Of a DNA stretch of 64,000 bases, positions 20,382-30,501 are shown piece by piece. The stretch lies in the NCBI GenBank assembly GCA_963813025.1, contig CAWEXO010000002.1:32001-96000 (forward strand). Reading direction: 5' to 3'. Origin of the DNA: an uncultured Verrucomicrobiae bacterium. GTDB lineage: Bacteria; Verrucomicrobiota; Verrucomicrobiia; Chthoniobacterales; JAFAMB01. The translations under genes and the position numbers were made by a program. The notes below the pieces were generated by a model that made no database searches, was not told where the DNA came from, and saw only the letters and a program-made list of their open reading frames with translations. The stretch's first letter is position 1, and every line of letters begins with the position of its first letter.

Positions 20382-20855
20382 GTGGAAGAACTGGCTTCAT
20401 CCGCGATGGCTCCGCGCTCACGTCGCGATTTCATCGCCAACATCTTTCTGAGCACAGGAACGGTGCTGGGGCTGGGGAGCTTGGCCTATCTGTTCCTCGA
20501 ATACCTTTATCCGGTCGTCCCGCCCATCAAGCTCGTTGAGGTGCCGGCGGGAAAGCCGGACGACATTCCACCCGACGGCGTGCGGCTGGTTCAGTTGCCG
20601 GAAGGACCAGTCATGCTGGAGAAAGGGGAGAACAAAGTTCGCGCCTTCTCCGCCATTTGCACGCACCTGGGTTGCACGATCCAATGGCATCCGGAGAAAA
20701 GACAATTCATCTGCCCGTGTCATCAGGGGATTTATGATTTCAATGGCAATGTCCTGTCCGGTCCGCCCCCGCGCCCGTTGGAGAAACTCCCGGTAAAGCT
20801 GCGTGACGGTCAGGTTTTTGTGCTCGTGAATTCGCTTAAAGAGGAACACCTATGA
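20382..20855 (+). CDS. Rieske subunit of a Rieske/cytb complex
   Basis: Tat-like SRRDF plus TM, CTHLGC, CPCHQG, GPPPRPL. Confidence 0.92.
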   Translation: MEELASSAMAPRSRRDFIANIFLSTGTVLGLGSLAYLFLEYLYPVVPPIKLVEVPAGKPDDIPPDGVRLVQLPEGPVMLEKGENKVRAFSAICTHLGCTIQWHPEKRQFICPCHQGIYDFNGNVLSGPPPRPLEKLPVKLRDGQVFVLVNSLKEEHL

Positions 20856-21886
20856 GGCGTGCGGTCCGCTGGATTGAAGAACGGATTCCGGTGGATCACG
20901 AAATCGTGCGCAAAAAGTTGCGCGAACCGTTGCCGGTTCACATGAAAAGCTGGATTTTCTGCCTGGGCGGAACGCCGGCCATGCTCTTTTGCATCCTGGC
21001 GGTTACCGGAATTCTTCTGACGTTTTACTATGTCCCCTCTCCCGCTCAAGCCTACGCCAGCGTGAGCAATATCAGCTTCAAGGTGCGCATGGGCTGGTTT
21101 GTCCGCGGCATACATCAAGGAGCATCCCAGTTGATGATCGTGACCGTGCTCCTGCACATGATCCGCGTCTTCTTCACCCGTGCCTACCGTAAGCCGCGGG
21201 AGCTCAACTGGATGTGGGGCGTGGCACTTTTCTTCGTCACCCTGACATTCGCGTTCACCGGATACTCGCTCGTTTACGACCAGCTTTCTTATTGGGCCAC
21301 TACTATCGGGACCAACATGATTGCGGCAGTGCCGCTGATCGGCGAGCCGTTGCTCTACCTGCTGCGTGGCGGCCCCAACGTGAATCCAAACACCCTCAGC
21401 CGCTTTTACGACTTTCATATCGGGGTGCTGCCCACGATGATGACGCTGCTCATTGTCGGTCACCTAGCCCTGGTGCGCTTGCACGGCGTGGCCCCGCTGC
21501 GTGGCGATCCGCGCCGCGAAACCTATCCGTTTTTTCCTGATCACATGCTGCGAGAAGCGATTATTGGCCTGCTCCTCCTGGTTTGCCTGGTTAATTACGT
21601 CAATTTTTTTCCTCCCTCGGTCGGGGCGCCGGCAACGCCGGGCAACACCCCGGGACACATCCGTCCGGAATGGTACTTCTTTCCAACCTACCGCTGGCTC
21701 AAGCTGACGTCCCTGCCCGTGGGAATCGGAGGAAGCATCCTCTTCGTCGCCTGCCTTTTTCTGTGGCCATTCATTGACGCCGCGCTGGAAAAAATCGCGC
21801 CTCGGAAGGGTTTGTGGGTGATCGTAGGGAGCGCGTTTTTCCTATTAACCATCGTCTTTATGCTCTGGGAAGCCATTGCTGGTTGA
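20852..21886 (+). CDS. cytochrome b (b6-like, subunit IV fused) of a Rieske/cytb complex
   Basis: WIFCLGG, four heme His (GIHQ...LLHM, DFHI...VGHL), YRKPRELNW, PEWY; ATGA overlap with Rieske gene. Confidence 0.93.
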   Translation: MRRAVRWIEERIPVDHEIVRKKLREPLPVHMKSWIFCLGGTPAMLFCILAVTGILLTFYYVPSPAQAYASVSNISFKVRMGWFVRGIHQGASQLMIVTVLLHMIRVFFTRAYRKPRELNWMWGVALFFVTLTFAFTGYSLVYDQLSYWATTIGTNMIAAVPLIGEPLLYLLRGGPNVNPNTLSRFYDFHIGVLPTMMTLLIVGHLALVRLHGVAPLRGDPRRETYPFFPDHMLREAIIGLLLLVCLVNYVNFFPPSVGAPATPGNTPGHIRPEWYFFPTYRWLKLTSLPVGIGGSILFVACLFLWPFIDAALEKIAPRKGLWVIVGSAFFLLTIVFMLWEAIAG

Positions 21887-21901
21887 ACGGGGACGCGCTC
21901 G

Positions 21902-22384
21902 ATGAGTATCATTACTCAAAAATATCTGGTTGGAATTATGGGGTTAATCCTGGTCGGATCGGTCATCGCCACCGGTTATCTGGATTCTCAACGCCGTAAA
22001 AGAGAGAATGTCCCGGGCGCTTCAGAAGCCTCGCCGCCCGCGGCACCTCTCACTCCCGAGCTGCAGCACGGGTTGAAGATTTATGTGGAATTCGGTTGCG
22101 AGGCCTGCCATGGAGTGGGCGGCAAAGGTGGTGTGCACAATTTCAACGCCCAGAGCGGACAGGCGGTCCCCCCGCTGAACCACGTGGCCGACGGCTATAC
22201 CAAACCCGAACTGATCGCAAAGATCCAAACTGGCGTTCCTGTCGAGCCGAAACTAGATCCGAAGGGCCCGGAGCCGCCATTACACATGCCCGGTTTCAAG
22301 GATATGCTTACTCAGGACCAATTAAACGATCTGGTCGCTTACCTCTTCAGCCTGAAACCCAAGGGAGAAGAATCCGGTTTCTAG
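21902..22384 (+). CDS. membrane-anchored monoheme cytochrome c
   Basis: N-terminal TM, CEACH, LHMPGF distal Met candidate. Confidence 0.88.
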   Translation: MSIITQKYLVGIMGLILVGSVIATGYLDSQRRKRENVPGASEASPPAAPLTPELQHGLKIYVEFGCEACHGVGGKGGVHNFNAQSGQAVPPLNHVADGYTKPELIAKIQTGVPVEPKLDPKGPEPPLHMPGFKDMLTQDQLNDLVAYLFSLKPKGEESGF

Positions 22385-22466
22385 CCCATGTTTCCCAGCC
22401 GAGATGCAGGCGTAGGTTCCCGCGGTCTTTCAGTTAAATATATCTTTGTAAGACGCGACTGATCGC

Positions 22467-24373
22467 ATGAAAAGGTTTTTCCCCTGGGTCATCAGTCTTA
22501 TTTTTTTGCTTTGGGCCATCACCAAGATGATGCCGGTCAAGCAACCGTCCGGTTTCGACCTCGACGGGTTTGGTCGGCTCCCGATATTGGTCAACGGCCG
22601 GGTGATGCCGATGGATACATTGGCTCGCGTCTCGCTGTTTGCCATGAATCACCACGGGACATGTACGGCCTCCGATGGTAAGAGCCAGCCGCAGCGCGAG
22701 TGGTTGCTGGATGTTTTCATGATGCCCGAGCGAGCGGATCTCGCAAAAGTGTTTGAAGTGACCAATCCCGATATTCTCGATCTCTTTGGCTGGCAGGAAG
22801 CGAAAGGCAAATCGAATAACTACTCGCTTAGCGACCTCGAACCATTCTTTGGCGAGATTGAAAAACAGGCGGACTAGCCGCGCGAACAGAAGCTGAAACC
22901 CGTAACGCCTTCCAGAGGGCCATCCTCAGACTGCGGGATGCCTTGGGTCTATACATTGAGTTGAGAAATACAGTTCAGCCCGACGACTCGGCCGATTTTG
23001 GAAAAGAAATTCAAACGTTCAGCTCAGTAATTCAACCCGGCATGCAGGCCATTCGCGACAAGGAGGCGAACAAGGCGTTTAACAGCCAGGATTTGGACCG
23101 CATTCTTTTGTTCACGCAACGCTACCGGAAACTCGGTCAGGTCAAGTACGCCTATGCGATCCCGAATCCGAACGGAACGGCAGGCGGTGACCGGTGGCAG
23201 CACATTTCGTTTGCACTGCTCAGCGCCATCACCTCGGGAAAGCTGCCTTATCCAGCCACGATCTATGGACGTCTCATCTCAGCTTATCGAAGCGGAGATA
23301 CACAGGGATTCAACCAAGCCATTAGGGAATATAATCAGTATCTTGGGCAAACGACCCCCCAGTACCTGACTCGGCCTCATCTCGAGTTCTTCTTTAATCA
23401 AGCCCAGCCATTCCCCCAGACGATGGTTTTGTATATGGTTGTCTTTGTTTTGGCTCTGGCCTCTTGGCTGAAGTGGCCGAAAACTCTGGGGAAGACTGCT
23501 GCTATTCTTCTTCTATTCGCGTTTCTCCTTCACACTGCGGGGCTCGTCACAAGGATGTATTTGCAGGGCCGGCCGCCAGTCACTAACCTGTACAGCTCCG
23601 CAATTTTTGTCGGATGGGGAGCAGTTCTTCTCTGCCTGTTCCTCGAACGCTTCTACAAGAACGGAATTGGCAGCGTGTGCGCTTCTGCAATCGGTTTTGT
23701 GACCTTGTTGATCGCTCAAAACTTGCAAGTCGATGGCGATAGCCTCGAGATGTTGCGCGCTGTGTTGGACACAAACGTCTGGCTTGGGACTCACGTCGTC
23801 ATGGTGACTCTCGGCTATTCTGCGACATTTCTCGCCGGATTTTTGGGAATCATTTACATTTTTCGCGGCCTGCTGACGAAATCCTTCGATGAGATGACTG
23901 CAAGATCGCTCGGACGCATGATGTACGGAATCGTCTGTTTCGCTACTTTGTTCAGCTTCATTGGTACGGTGCTTGGCGGTATCTGGGCTGATCAATCCTG
24001 GGGACGGTTTTGGGGTTGGGATCCAAAGGAAAATGGGGCGCTCCTCATTGTGATTTGGAACGCGATTATTTTGCATGCACGATGGGGTGGCTACGCCCGC
24101 GAACGAGGTGTCGCGGTTCTGGCGGTATTTGGCAATATCATAACCAGCCTATCATGGTTTGGAGTCAACATGCTGGGCGTCGGTTTGCATTCCTACGGCT
24201 TCATAGATGAGGCGTTTGGACCGCTCCTGGTTTTTATCCTTAGCCAACTCGCCATTGTCGGTCTGGGGATACTGCCGCAGAAATACTGGCGCGGGATTCA
24301 GGCGCGCGTAAAGCCCATCGGCATGGGGCAGCCCGACGCGATGTTGGCGGGGAGTGCCGTGCCGAAACACTGA
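22467..24373 (+). CDS. ccsA: system II cytochrome c biogenesis protein CcsA (frameshift near 22873)
   Basis: GRLPILVNGRVMPMDTLAR N-domain; WADQSWGRFWGWDPKE; GVGLHSY; one added base near 22873 joins the two ORFs via LAARTEAETRNAFQRAIL. Confidence 0.88.
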
Positions 24374-24564
24374 CGGAGAGTTCATCCGGCATTTTCGGTC
24401 AGGAGCGCTGCCGCCCTATCCGTTGTGGAATATGAACCGGGCTTCGGGCCTGAGAAACCCGGACGGGCCAAGATCGGAGAAATCGGCACCGCTTCGAAAT
24501 ACGCTGCTGCGGCTCTCCGATCACTTGTCCATATGTGACCTCAGACATACCTGTTCCGGGAAGC

Positions 24565-25053
24565 TCATTTCAGTTCCTCACATCGAACAGTGGCGTCGGT
24601 TCGTATCGGAAAGTTCATCGAATTCGCTAAAAAACATCTGCGATGCGCTTCTTCATGAACTTCAAGGGCCTTGCTTTTGTCGGACGTCGAGGAGATCACG
24701 ACTTCCGGTCTTAGAACGACGCTCTCGAAGTAGCCGCCTCCGGCTTCGACCTCAACCATGATCCCATTCGGGCGATCTTCATAGGCGACCACTCTGATCC
24801 CTCCAGTAGCGCACAAGTGCAAATACCAGAGCATGTGGCACGACGATAACGCCGCAACCAACATCTCCTCGGGGTTATAGCGCTGAGGGTCTCCTCGAAA
24901 AGCGGGATCAGACGAACCGGGCACAACCGGTTTCTGAGCAGACAACACCTCGAAATTTCTCGAATAAGCTGTGTATGAAGAGGATCCCGAGCCGAGGTTT
25001 CCCACCCAACGGATCCCGACTACATAAGAATGGCGTTTCTCAGCGGTTTTCAT
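24565..25053 (-). CDS. OsmC-family protein
   Basis: GSSDPAFRGD, NPEEMLVAALSSCHMLWY, AHRRCFLANS. Confidence 0.92.
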   Translation of the reverse strand: MKTAEKRHSYVVGIRWVGNLGSGSSSYTAYSRNFEVLSAQKPVVPGSSDPAFRGDPQRYNPEEMLVAALSSCHMLWYLHLCATGGIRVVAYEDRPNGIMVEVEAGGGYFESVVLRPEVVISSTSDKSKALEVHEEAHRRCFLANSMNFPIRTDATVRCEELK

Positions 25054-25402
25054 GATGGGAGATGAAGCAGATGTTATTTTGAAGATCCTGCTGAACGTGC
25101 CCCAAATTCCATCGCCCGTCCGTAACGAATCAACAAAAAATACGGTGCGTACGCTCCCGTTTCTTGTTGACAGCCTGAGCAAAAGAGCGACTAAGAGCGA
25201 AGTCCCCCAAAGAATGTTGCACCTCAGTTCCGACCTTTCGCGACTGTCAGGAGGTCGAGGCGAAGAAGCCACCGAGAAAGCAGAATTGCTGACGAGCCTC
25301 GTGTGGCCAAGGAAGGCTACCCGTTCATGCGCTGATCTCGCTGGCGCTGTCGAAAGCGTTGTATTGGGCTACTCGAAGCGAGTGCGGCCCCGGTGACCGG
25401 CT

Positions 25403-26887
25403 ATGAGTGAGATCCTTCGGCTGAGAAATATTTCGAAGACTTTCCCGGGGGTGCTGGCGCTGCAGAACATTTCTTTCGACTTGAACGAAGGCGAGGTGCA
25501 TTGCCTTTGCGGTGAAAACGGAGCAGGCAAGTCAACCCTGATCAAAATTCTCTCGGGCGCATATCAACCGGACGAAGGCGGAGAAATCATCTTCCGCGGC
25601 AAAAAGGTCGCCCTGAATCCGCATTTCGCCATGTCGATTGGCATCCAGACGATCTATCAGGAACACGTCGTTTTCGACAATCTGAGCATCGTGGAGAACA
25701 TCTTCACCGGGTCAGAAATCGTGAGACGGGGTTTTCTGCAGAAAAAAGAAATGCGCCGTCAGACTGCCGAAGTTCTCAAATATCTGAAAGGCAATCTAAG
25801 TCCGGACAGCAAACTAGGCGAACTCAGCAGTGGCGAACAAAAAACGGTCGAGATTGCTAAAGGCCTCGTGTTCAAAAGGCAGGTGATCATCCTGGACGAA
25901 CCGACGGCATCCTTCTCGTCAACTGAGATTGATAACCTCCTGGACATCATTCAGACGGTCAAGAAAACTGGGCTCGGGATCATTTACATTTCGCATCACT
26001 TGGAAGAGGTCTTCAAAATCGCAGACCGGATCACCGTGTTGCGCGACGGACGCAAAGTCAGCGCCTACGACATAACCGGCCTCACGAAGAATACTCTGAT
26101 CAAAGACATGGTCGGCCGCGACCCCTCTACATTCTATCGTCGCGAACGGGTACCGATCGGAGAAGTCGTTTTCGAAGCCCGAAGCGTTTCCGGGAACGGC
26201 GCAAGAAATATCTCATTCGTCCTTCGAAAAGGAGAAATCCTCGGGATCGCCGGAATGGTGGGATCGGGCCGCTCCGAGCTTATGAACGTTCTGTTTGGAA
26301 GTGCTCATCTCGACTCCGGCGAAATCCTGATCCGCGGCAAAGCGATTAAACATTCCAATCCGATGTCGGCCATCAGAAACAAAATGTGTTTCATAACCGA
26401 AGACCGGCAAAACACAGGCCTTTTTCTTCCCCAGACCATCGCGCAGAATGTAACCGTCGCGAACCTGGTGAATACTCGGGCATTCGTGGTCAGGCAGGCC
26501 GACGACTGGAGGACAGGCGATCGATTCGTCAATCAACTCAATATTAAGGCCAGGGACTCCCGGACGCGCGTCGTAAACCTTTCCGGCGGCAACCAGCAGA
26601 AAGTCGTACTCGGAAAATGGTTTAACACGAACGGTGAAATCTTCATATTCGATGAACCGACCCTCGGCATCGATGTCGGCTCCAAACAGGAGATTTACAA
26701 GGTGATGGTTGACCTCCTCAAACATGGAAAAGCCATCATCATGGTGTCCTCCGATATGCCCGAAATCATCTCCATGAGTGACCGGGTGATTGTCATGAAG
26801 CACGGTCAAACAGCAGCCGAACTGACGACGGAACAGATTACGGAGGAAAACATCCTCACCCACTCGATCGGTGACAAAGCAATATGA
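25403..26887 (+). CDS. sugar ABC transporter ATP-binding protein (RbsA/MglA type)
   Basis: GENGAGKST, ILDEPT, LSGGNQQK, two ABC domains. Confidence 0.95.
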   Translation: MSEILRLRNISKTFPGVLALQNISFDLNEGEVHCLCGENGAGKSTLIKILSGAYQPDEGGEIIFRGKKVALNPHFAMSIGIQTIYQEHVVFDNLSIVENIFTGSEIVRRGFLQKKEMRRQTAEVLKYLKGNLSPDSKLGELSSGEQKTVEIAKGLVFKRQVIILDEPTASFSSTEIDNLLDIIQTVKKTGLGIIYISHHLEEVFKIADRITVLRDGRKVSAYDITGLTKNTLIKDMVGRDPSTFYRRERVPIGEVVFEARSVSGNGARNISFVLRKGEILGIAGMVGSGRSELMNVLFGSAHLDSGEILIRGKAIKHSNPMSAIRNKMCFITEDRQNTGLFLPQTIAQNVTVANLVNTRAFVVRQADDWRTGDRFVNQLNIKARDSRTRVVNLSGGNQQKVVLGKWFNTNGEIFIFDEPTLGIDVGSKQEIYKVMVDLLKHGKAIIMVSSDMPEIISMSDRVIVMKHGQTAAELTTEQITEENILTHSIGDKAI

Positions 26888-28029
26888 GTGACGACAACTC
26901 TCCGGCGTTCCCGCAGCAGGCCCGAGCGCAACAGAAGCATCGGCAGGCCGGTTCTATTTTCGAGAGGCACGAGAACTTCACGGTCCTCTCGATCTTTGTC
27001 GGGTTTGTGATGGTTATAACCATTCTGCAGCTGATCATGTGGGGCGGCCAGAAGTTCCCGACGTTCATCACCCCGGTGAACCTTTTAAACATCCTCCAGC
27101 AGGTGGGGGTCCCCGGGATTGTGGCCGTCGGCATGACGATCGTGATGATCTCCGGTGGGATCGATCTTTCGGTGGGAATGCTGGCTTCTCTGGTCTCCAT
27201 CGTAACCGCGCTGGGCATATCGAAATGGCACTTCGGCGTCGGTCCTTCAGTCCTTCTCGGAATCGTATCGGCGGTCGTGCTGGAGACGGTGATGGGTTTC
27301 ATTATTTCCCGTACCAAAGTTGAACCCTTTATCATTACCCTGGGCGGGATGATCACTTTTCAGGGAATCGCGCTTCTTCTCTGCAATTCCCGCGAGGTAA
27401 TCATGAATGGGGAGCTCGATTTTCTGAAGGTTAACCTCATCTACGGAGCAAAAGATCCGATTAGCCATCTCAACCTGATCATCCCCCCATACGCCCTGAT
27501 ATTTTTCGCGATCGCTTTCCTGGCCGGCTTGCTCCTGAATTACACCAAATACGGCCGCAGAATCTACGCTGTCGGGACCAACCCGAACGCAGCCTACCTG
27601 GCGGGCATCAACGTCCAGAACATGAGACTCTCGGTCTACATTATCATGGGGGTCCTGGTCGGGATCGGCGGTGTTCTGCTTCTCGCCCGGGTCAATACTG
27701 GCATCATCACGCTCGGGCAGGGCCTGGAAATCGACAGCATCGCCATGGTCGTCATCGGCGGCACCGCGCTAAGAGGTGGCAAAGGAAACATCGTAGGAAC
27801 GTTGATCGGAGTCTTCTTTCTCGGGTCGATCGGGAACGCGATGAATATGTTGCGGCTGCCATCTGAAGTGCAATTCGTCGCCAAAGGGCTCGTCGTCATT
27901 ATCGCGGTTTCCGCCGGCGACGTCTCCTCCAGAATTTCCGGGTTTTTATCAAGGAGGAGAGAGCTGCGATCGGGCGCGGCGCAGACAACGCTGGGGAAGA
28001 AAGGGATAACAGTGGAATCGACCAAATAA
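26884..28029 (+). CDS. sugar ABC transporter permease
   Basis: GGIDLSVG, GRRIYAVGTN, IAMVVIGGT. Confidence 0.95.
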   Translation: MSDDNSPAFPQQARAQQKHRQAGSIFERHENFTVLSIFVGFVMVITILQLIMWGGQKFPTFITPVNLLNILQQVGVPGIVAVGMTIVMISGGIDLSVGMLASLVSIVTALGISKWHFGVGPSVLLGIVSAVVLETVMGFIISRTKVEPFIITLGGMITFQGIALLLCNSREVIMNGELDFLKVNLIYGAKDPISHLNLIIPPYALIFFAIAFLAGLLLNYTKYGRRIYAVGTNPNAAYLAGINVQNMRLSVYIIMGVLVGIGGVLLLARVNTGIITLGQGLEIDSIAMVVIGGTALRGGKGNIVGTLIGVFFLGSIGNAMNMLRLPSEVQFVAKGLVVIIAVSAGDVSSRISGFLSRRRELRSGAAQTTLGKKGITVESTK

Positions 28030-28093
28030 TAAATCAGTTATTGTAAACAAATCACGTGAGATGCACAAAGACGATCAGAGGAGGAGCAACGTA

Positions 28094-29188
28094 ATGAAGC
28101 GTTTGCATCTAGTATTGACAGCTGGCTTCGCGGTATTGGGAGCCACGAATTTGACGGCCACCACCGCGCACGCCGCAGATGCCGGCAAAGGCAAAGTTGT
28201 CGGATATTACATGGATGCCGCCGATGACTACTACAAAGCGGCATTTCAGGTATTCAAAACGCTCGGTAACAAAGCCGGTTGGCAGGTTTTGGATGTCGTT
28301 GGACAAGGAACTGCTCCGGAACAGGTTGCCGCGGTTGAAAACTTCATTACCCAGAAAGTCGACGCAATCGTTGTCGTTCAGAATTCACCACAGACAACGT
28401 CCGAATGTCTGAAGAAGACTCATGCCGCCGGGATCCCGGAATTTCACACATCTCATAAACCGCCGATTGAACCGGGACTGGCCGGCTTTACCACATTCGA
28501 CTTTGTCGCAGACGGCGAACTCGCCGGACAATCGGCAGCAAAACATGGGGTTAAAAGGGTGATCATGATTGAAGGCAAACTCGGTCAAGGCAGCGCGGCC
28601 GGTCAGACCCAGGGTTTTCTGCAAGGATACAAAAAGGCCGGCAAAGATATCGGCAACCTTCTCGATAGCGTCGGCGTCAGAGGCGCCGGCGGCAAAGATC
28701 TGCAAGTCGTCTTCTGGGGATCCGGCAATTGGTTCGCGGATCCAGCGAAAAAAGTGATGGAAGATGCCATCACAAGCCTCGGACCAGATGGCTTTGACGG
28801 CGCCTACGTGCAGAACGATGAAATGATGACCGGCGCATTGCAGGCCATGGAAGAAGCAGGGCTCGACTCGAGCAAATACTGGCTCGGGTCCAGTAATGGC
28901 AAAGAAAAGTCCTGGGACTGGGTAGAAAAAGGCAAAACCACGATGGACGTCAACCAATGCCCTACCCTCGAAGCGGATATCCTGTTCCAGCAAGTGAGCG
29001 CCTACTTCGACAAAAAGCCCTATAAGAAAGGGGTCTTCGTAAACTTTACCGCGTTTGAGAAAGACACGCTCGACAAGAACAAGATGATCCCCTGGATCCT
29101 CAACGATTACATGCAGAAACGCGCAGCGAACGCATTCAACCACGATATTAACGATCCCGCCTTCCGGGCGGATCCGGAATTTCAATAG
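28094..29188 (+). CDS. sugar ABC substrate-binding protein 1
   Basis: GAGGAG RBS, signal peptide ending AHA, RbsB-like motifs (QVAAVENFITQKVDAIVV, VQNDEM). Confidence 0.9.
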   Translation: MKRLHLVLTAGFAVLGATNLTATTAHAADAGKGKVVGYYMDAADDYYKAAFQVFKTLGNKAGWQVLDVVGQGTAPEQVAAVENFITQKVDAIVVVQNSPQTTSECLKKTHAAGIPEFHTSHKPPIEPGLAGFTTFDFVADGELAGQSAAKHGVKRVIMIEGKLGQGSAAGQTQGFLQGYKKAGKDIGNLLDSVGVRGAGGKDLQVVFWGSGNWFADPAKKVMEDAITSLGPDGFDGAYVQNDEMMTGALQAMEEAGLDSSKYWLGSSNGKEKSWDWVEKGKTTMDVNQCPTLEADILFQQVSAYFDKKPYKKGVFVNFTAFEKDTLDKNKMIPWILNDYMQKRAANAFNHDINDPAFRADPEFQ

Positions 29189-29241
29189 GAGTTATAAAGA
29201 AAGACAAAAAAGTTGCCCTCAAACGGCTAAAGATAAAGCAG

Positions 29242-30330
29242 ATGAAACGTTTGGTATTATTGTTAACAGGTTTGGTTTTTCTGGGAACCGTGAGCTTCCC
29301 AGGCGGGAGCACGCAAGCCGCGACCGGGAGTAAAAAGGTCATCGGCTATTACATGGACGCGTCGGATGACTACTACAAGGCAGGCTTCCAGGTATTCAAG
29401 GCGCTTGCCACGAACGCGGGCTGGGACGTGCTGGATGTTGTGGGACAGGGTACCGCTCCCGAGCAGATCGCGGCTGTCGAAAACTTTATCACCCAGAAGG
29501 TCGACGCAATCGTGGTCGTGCAGAACTCGCCGGCGACCAGCTCCGAGTGCTTGAAAAGGGCTCACGCCGCGGGCATCCCCGTCTTTCACCTCACGCATAA
29601 TCCGCCCAACGAGCCGGGCTTGGCCGGCTTTGCCGGATTTGACTGGGTCTACGACGGAGAGCTTGCCGCCCAATCGGCCATGAAACACAACGTCAAGAAA
29701 CTGATCATGATCGAAGGAAAGCTCGGTCAGGGCACTGCGGCCGGTCAAACCCAAGGCTTCCTTCTGGGCTACAAGAAGGCCGGTAAGGATATCGGTAATC
29801 TTCTTGATAGTGTCGGGGTAAGAGGCGCCGGCGGCAAGGATCTGCAGGTGGTCTTCTGGGGTTCCGGCGGTTGGTTCGCGGATCCAGCCAAAAAGGTCAT
29901 GCAGGACGCGATCACCTCATTAGGCCCAGACGGCTTTGATGGTGCCTACGTCCAGAATGATGAAATGATGACCGGCGCTCTTCAGGCCATGCAGGAAGCC
30001 GGTCTCGATCCGAGCAAATACTGGCTTGGGTCAAGCAACGGTAAGGAGAAATCCTGGGATTGGGTGGCCAAAGGGTTGACAACTATGGACGTTAATCAAT
30101 GCCCAACCCTCGAGGCCGATATTTGCTTTCAACAGATCACCGCCTATTTCGCCGGAAAGCCTTACAAAAAGGCCGTCTTCGTAAACTTCGTTCCGTTTGA
30201 GAAAGATACGCTCAACAAGACTGCAATGATTCCCTGGATCCAGGCGGATTACATGAAAAAGCGGGCCGCCAATGCTTTTAAGTACGACATCAACGATCCC
30301 GTGTTTCGGGCCAATCCAGCCTACCAGTAA
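29242..30330 (+). CDS. sugar ABC substrate-binding protein 2 (paralog of 1)
   Basis: Signal peptide; colinear with protein 1. Confidence 0.9.
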   Translation: MKRLVLLLTGLVFLGTVSFPGGSTQAATGSKKVIGYYMDASDDYYKAGFQVFKALATNAGWDVLDVVGQGTAPEQIAAVENFITQKVDAIVVVQNSPATSSECLKRAHAAGIPVFHLTHNPPNEPGLAGFAGFDWVYDGELAAQSAMKHNVKKLIMIEGKLGQGTAAGQTQGFLLGYKKAGKDIGNLLDSVGVRGAGGKDLQVVFWGSGGWFADPAKKVMQDAITSLGPDGFDGAYVQNDEMMTGALQAMQEAGLDPSKYWLGSSNGKEKSWDWVAKGLTTMDVNQCPTLEADICFQQITAYFAGKPYKKAVFVNFVPFEKDTLNKTAMIPWIQADYMKKRAANAFKYDINDPVFRANPAYQ

Positions 30331-30501
30331 TTCTGTAAAACTTACGTCCCGGCACATACATCGACGAGTTGATCCGTTCGAGCCGCGAAAGTATTCCCAA
30401 CTTTCGCGGCGGCAACGAATCGTCGCTCGCTCTGTGCGCCCAGTTGCTTTTGATCAATTTAGAAAAGATTATGTCATCGATTGTTTTGGAGGTGTTCTAA
30501 C

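Noticed and set aside
22860..22945. ccsA split as two genes or a programmed frameshift
   Set aside because: One added base restores a continuous protein, no slippery site is evident, and similar indels are widespread.
25167..25197. TTGACA upstream of the sugar ABC operon as a sigma70 promoter
   Set aside because: No convincing -10 at 16-18 bp spacing.
28385..29185. 266-aa minus-strand ORF and other long antisense ORFs (e.g. 40113-40835, 49102-49989, 50838-51638)
   Set aside because: Overlap well-supported genes on the other strand; expected in GC-rich coding DNA.
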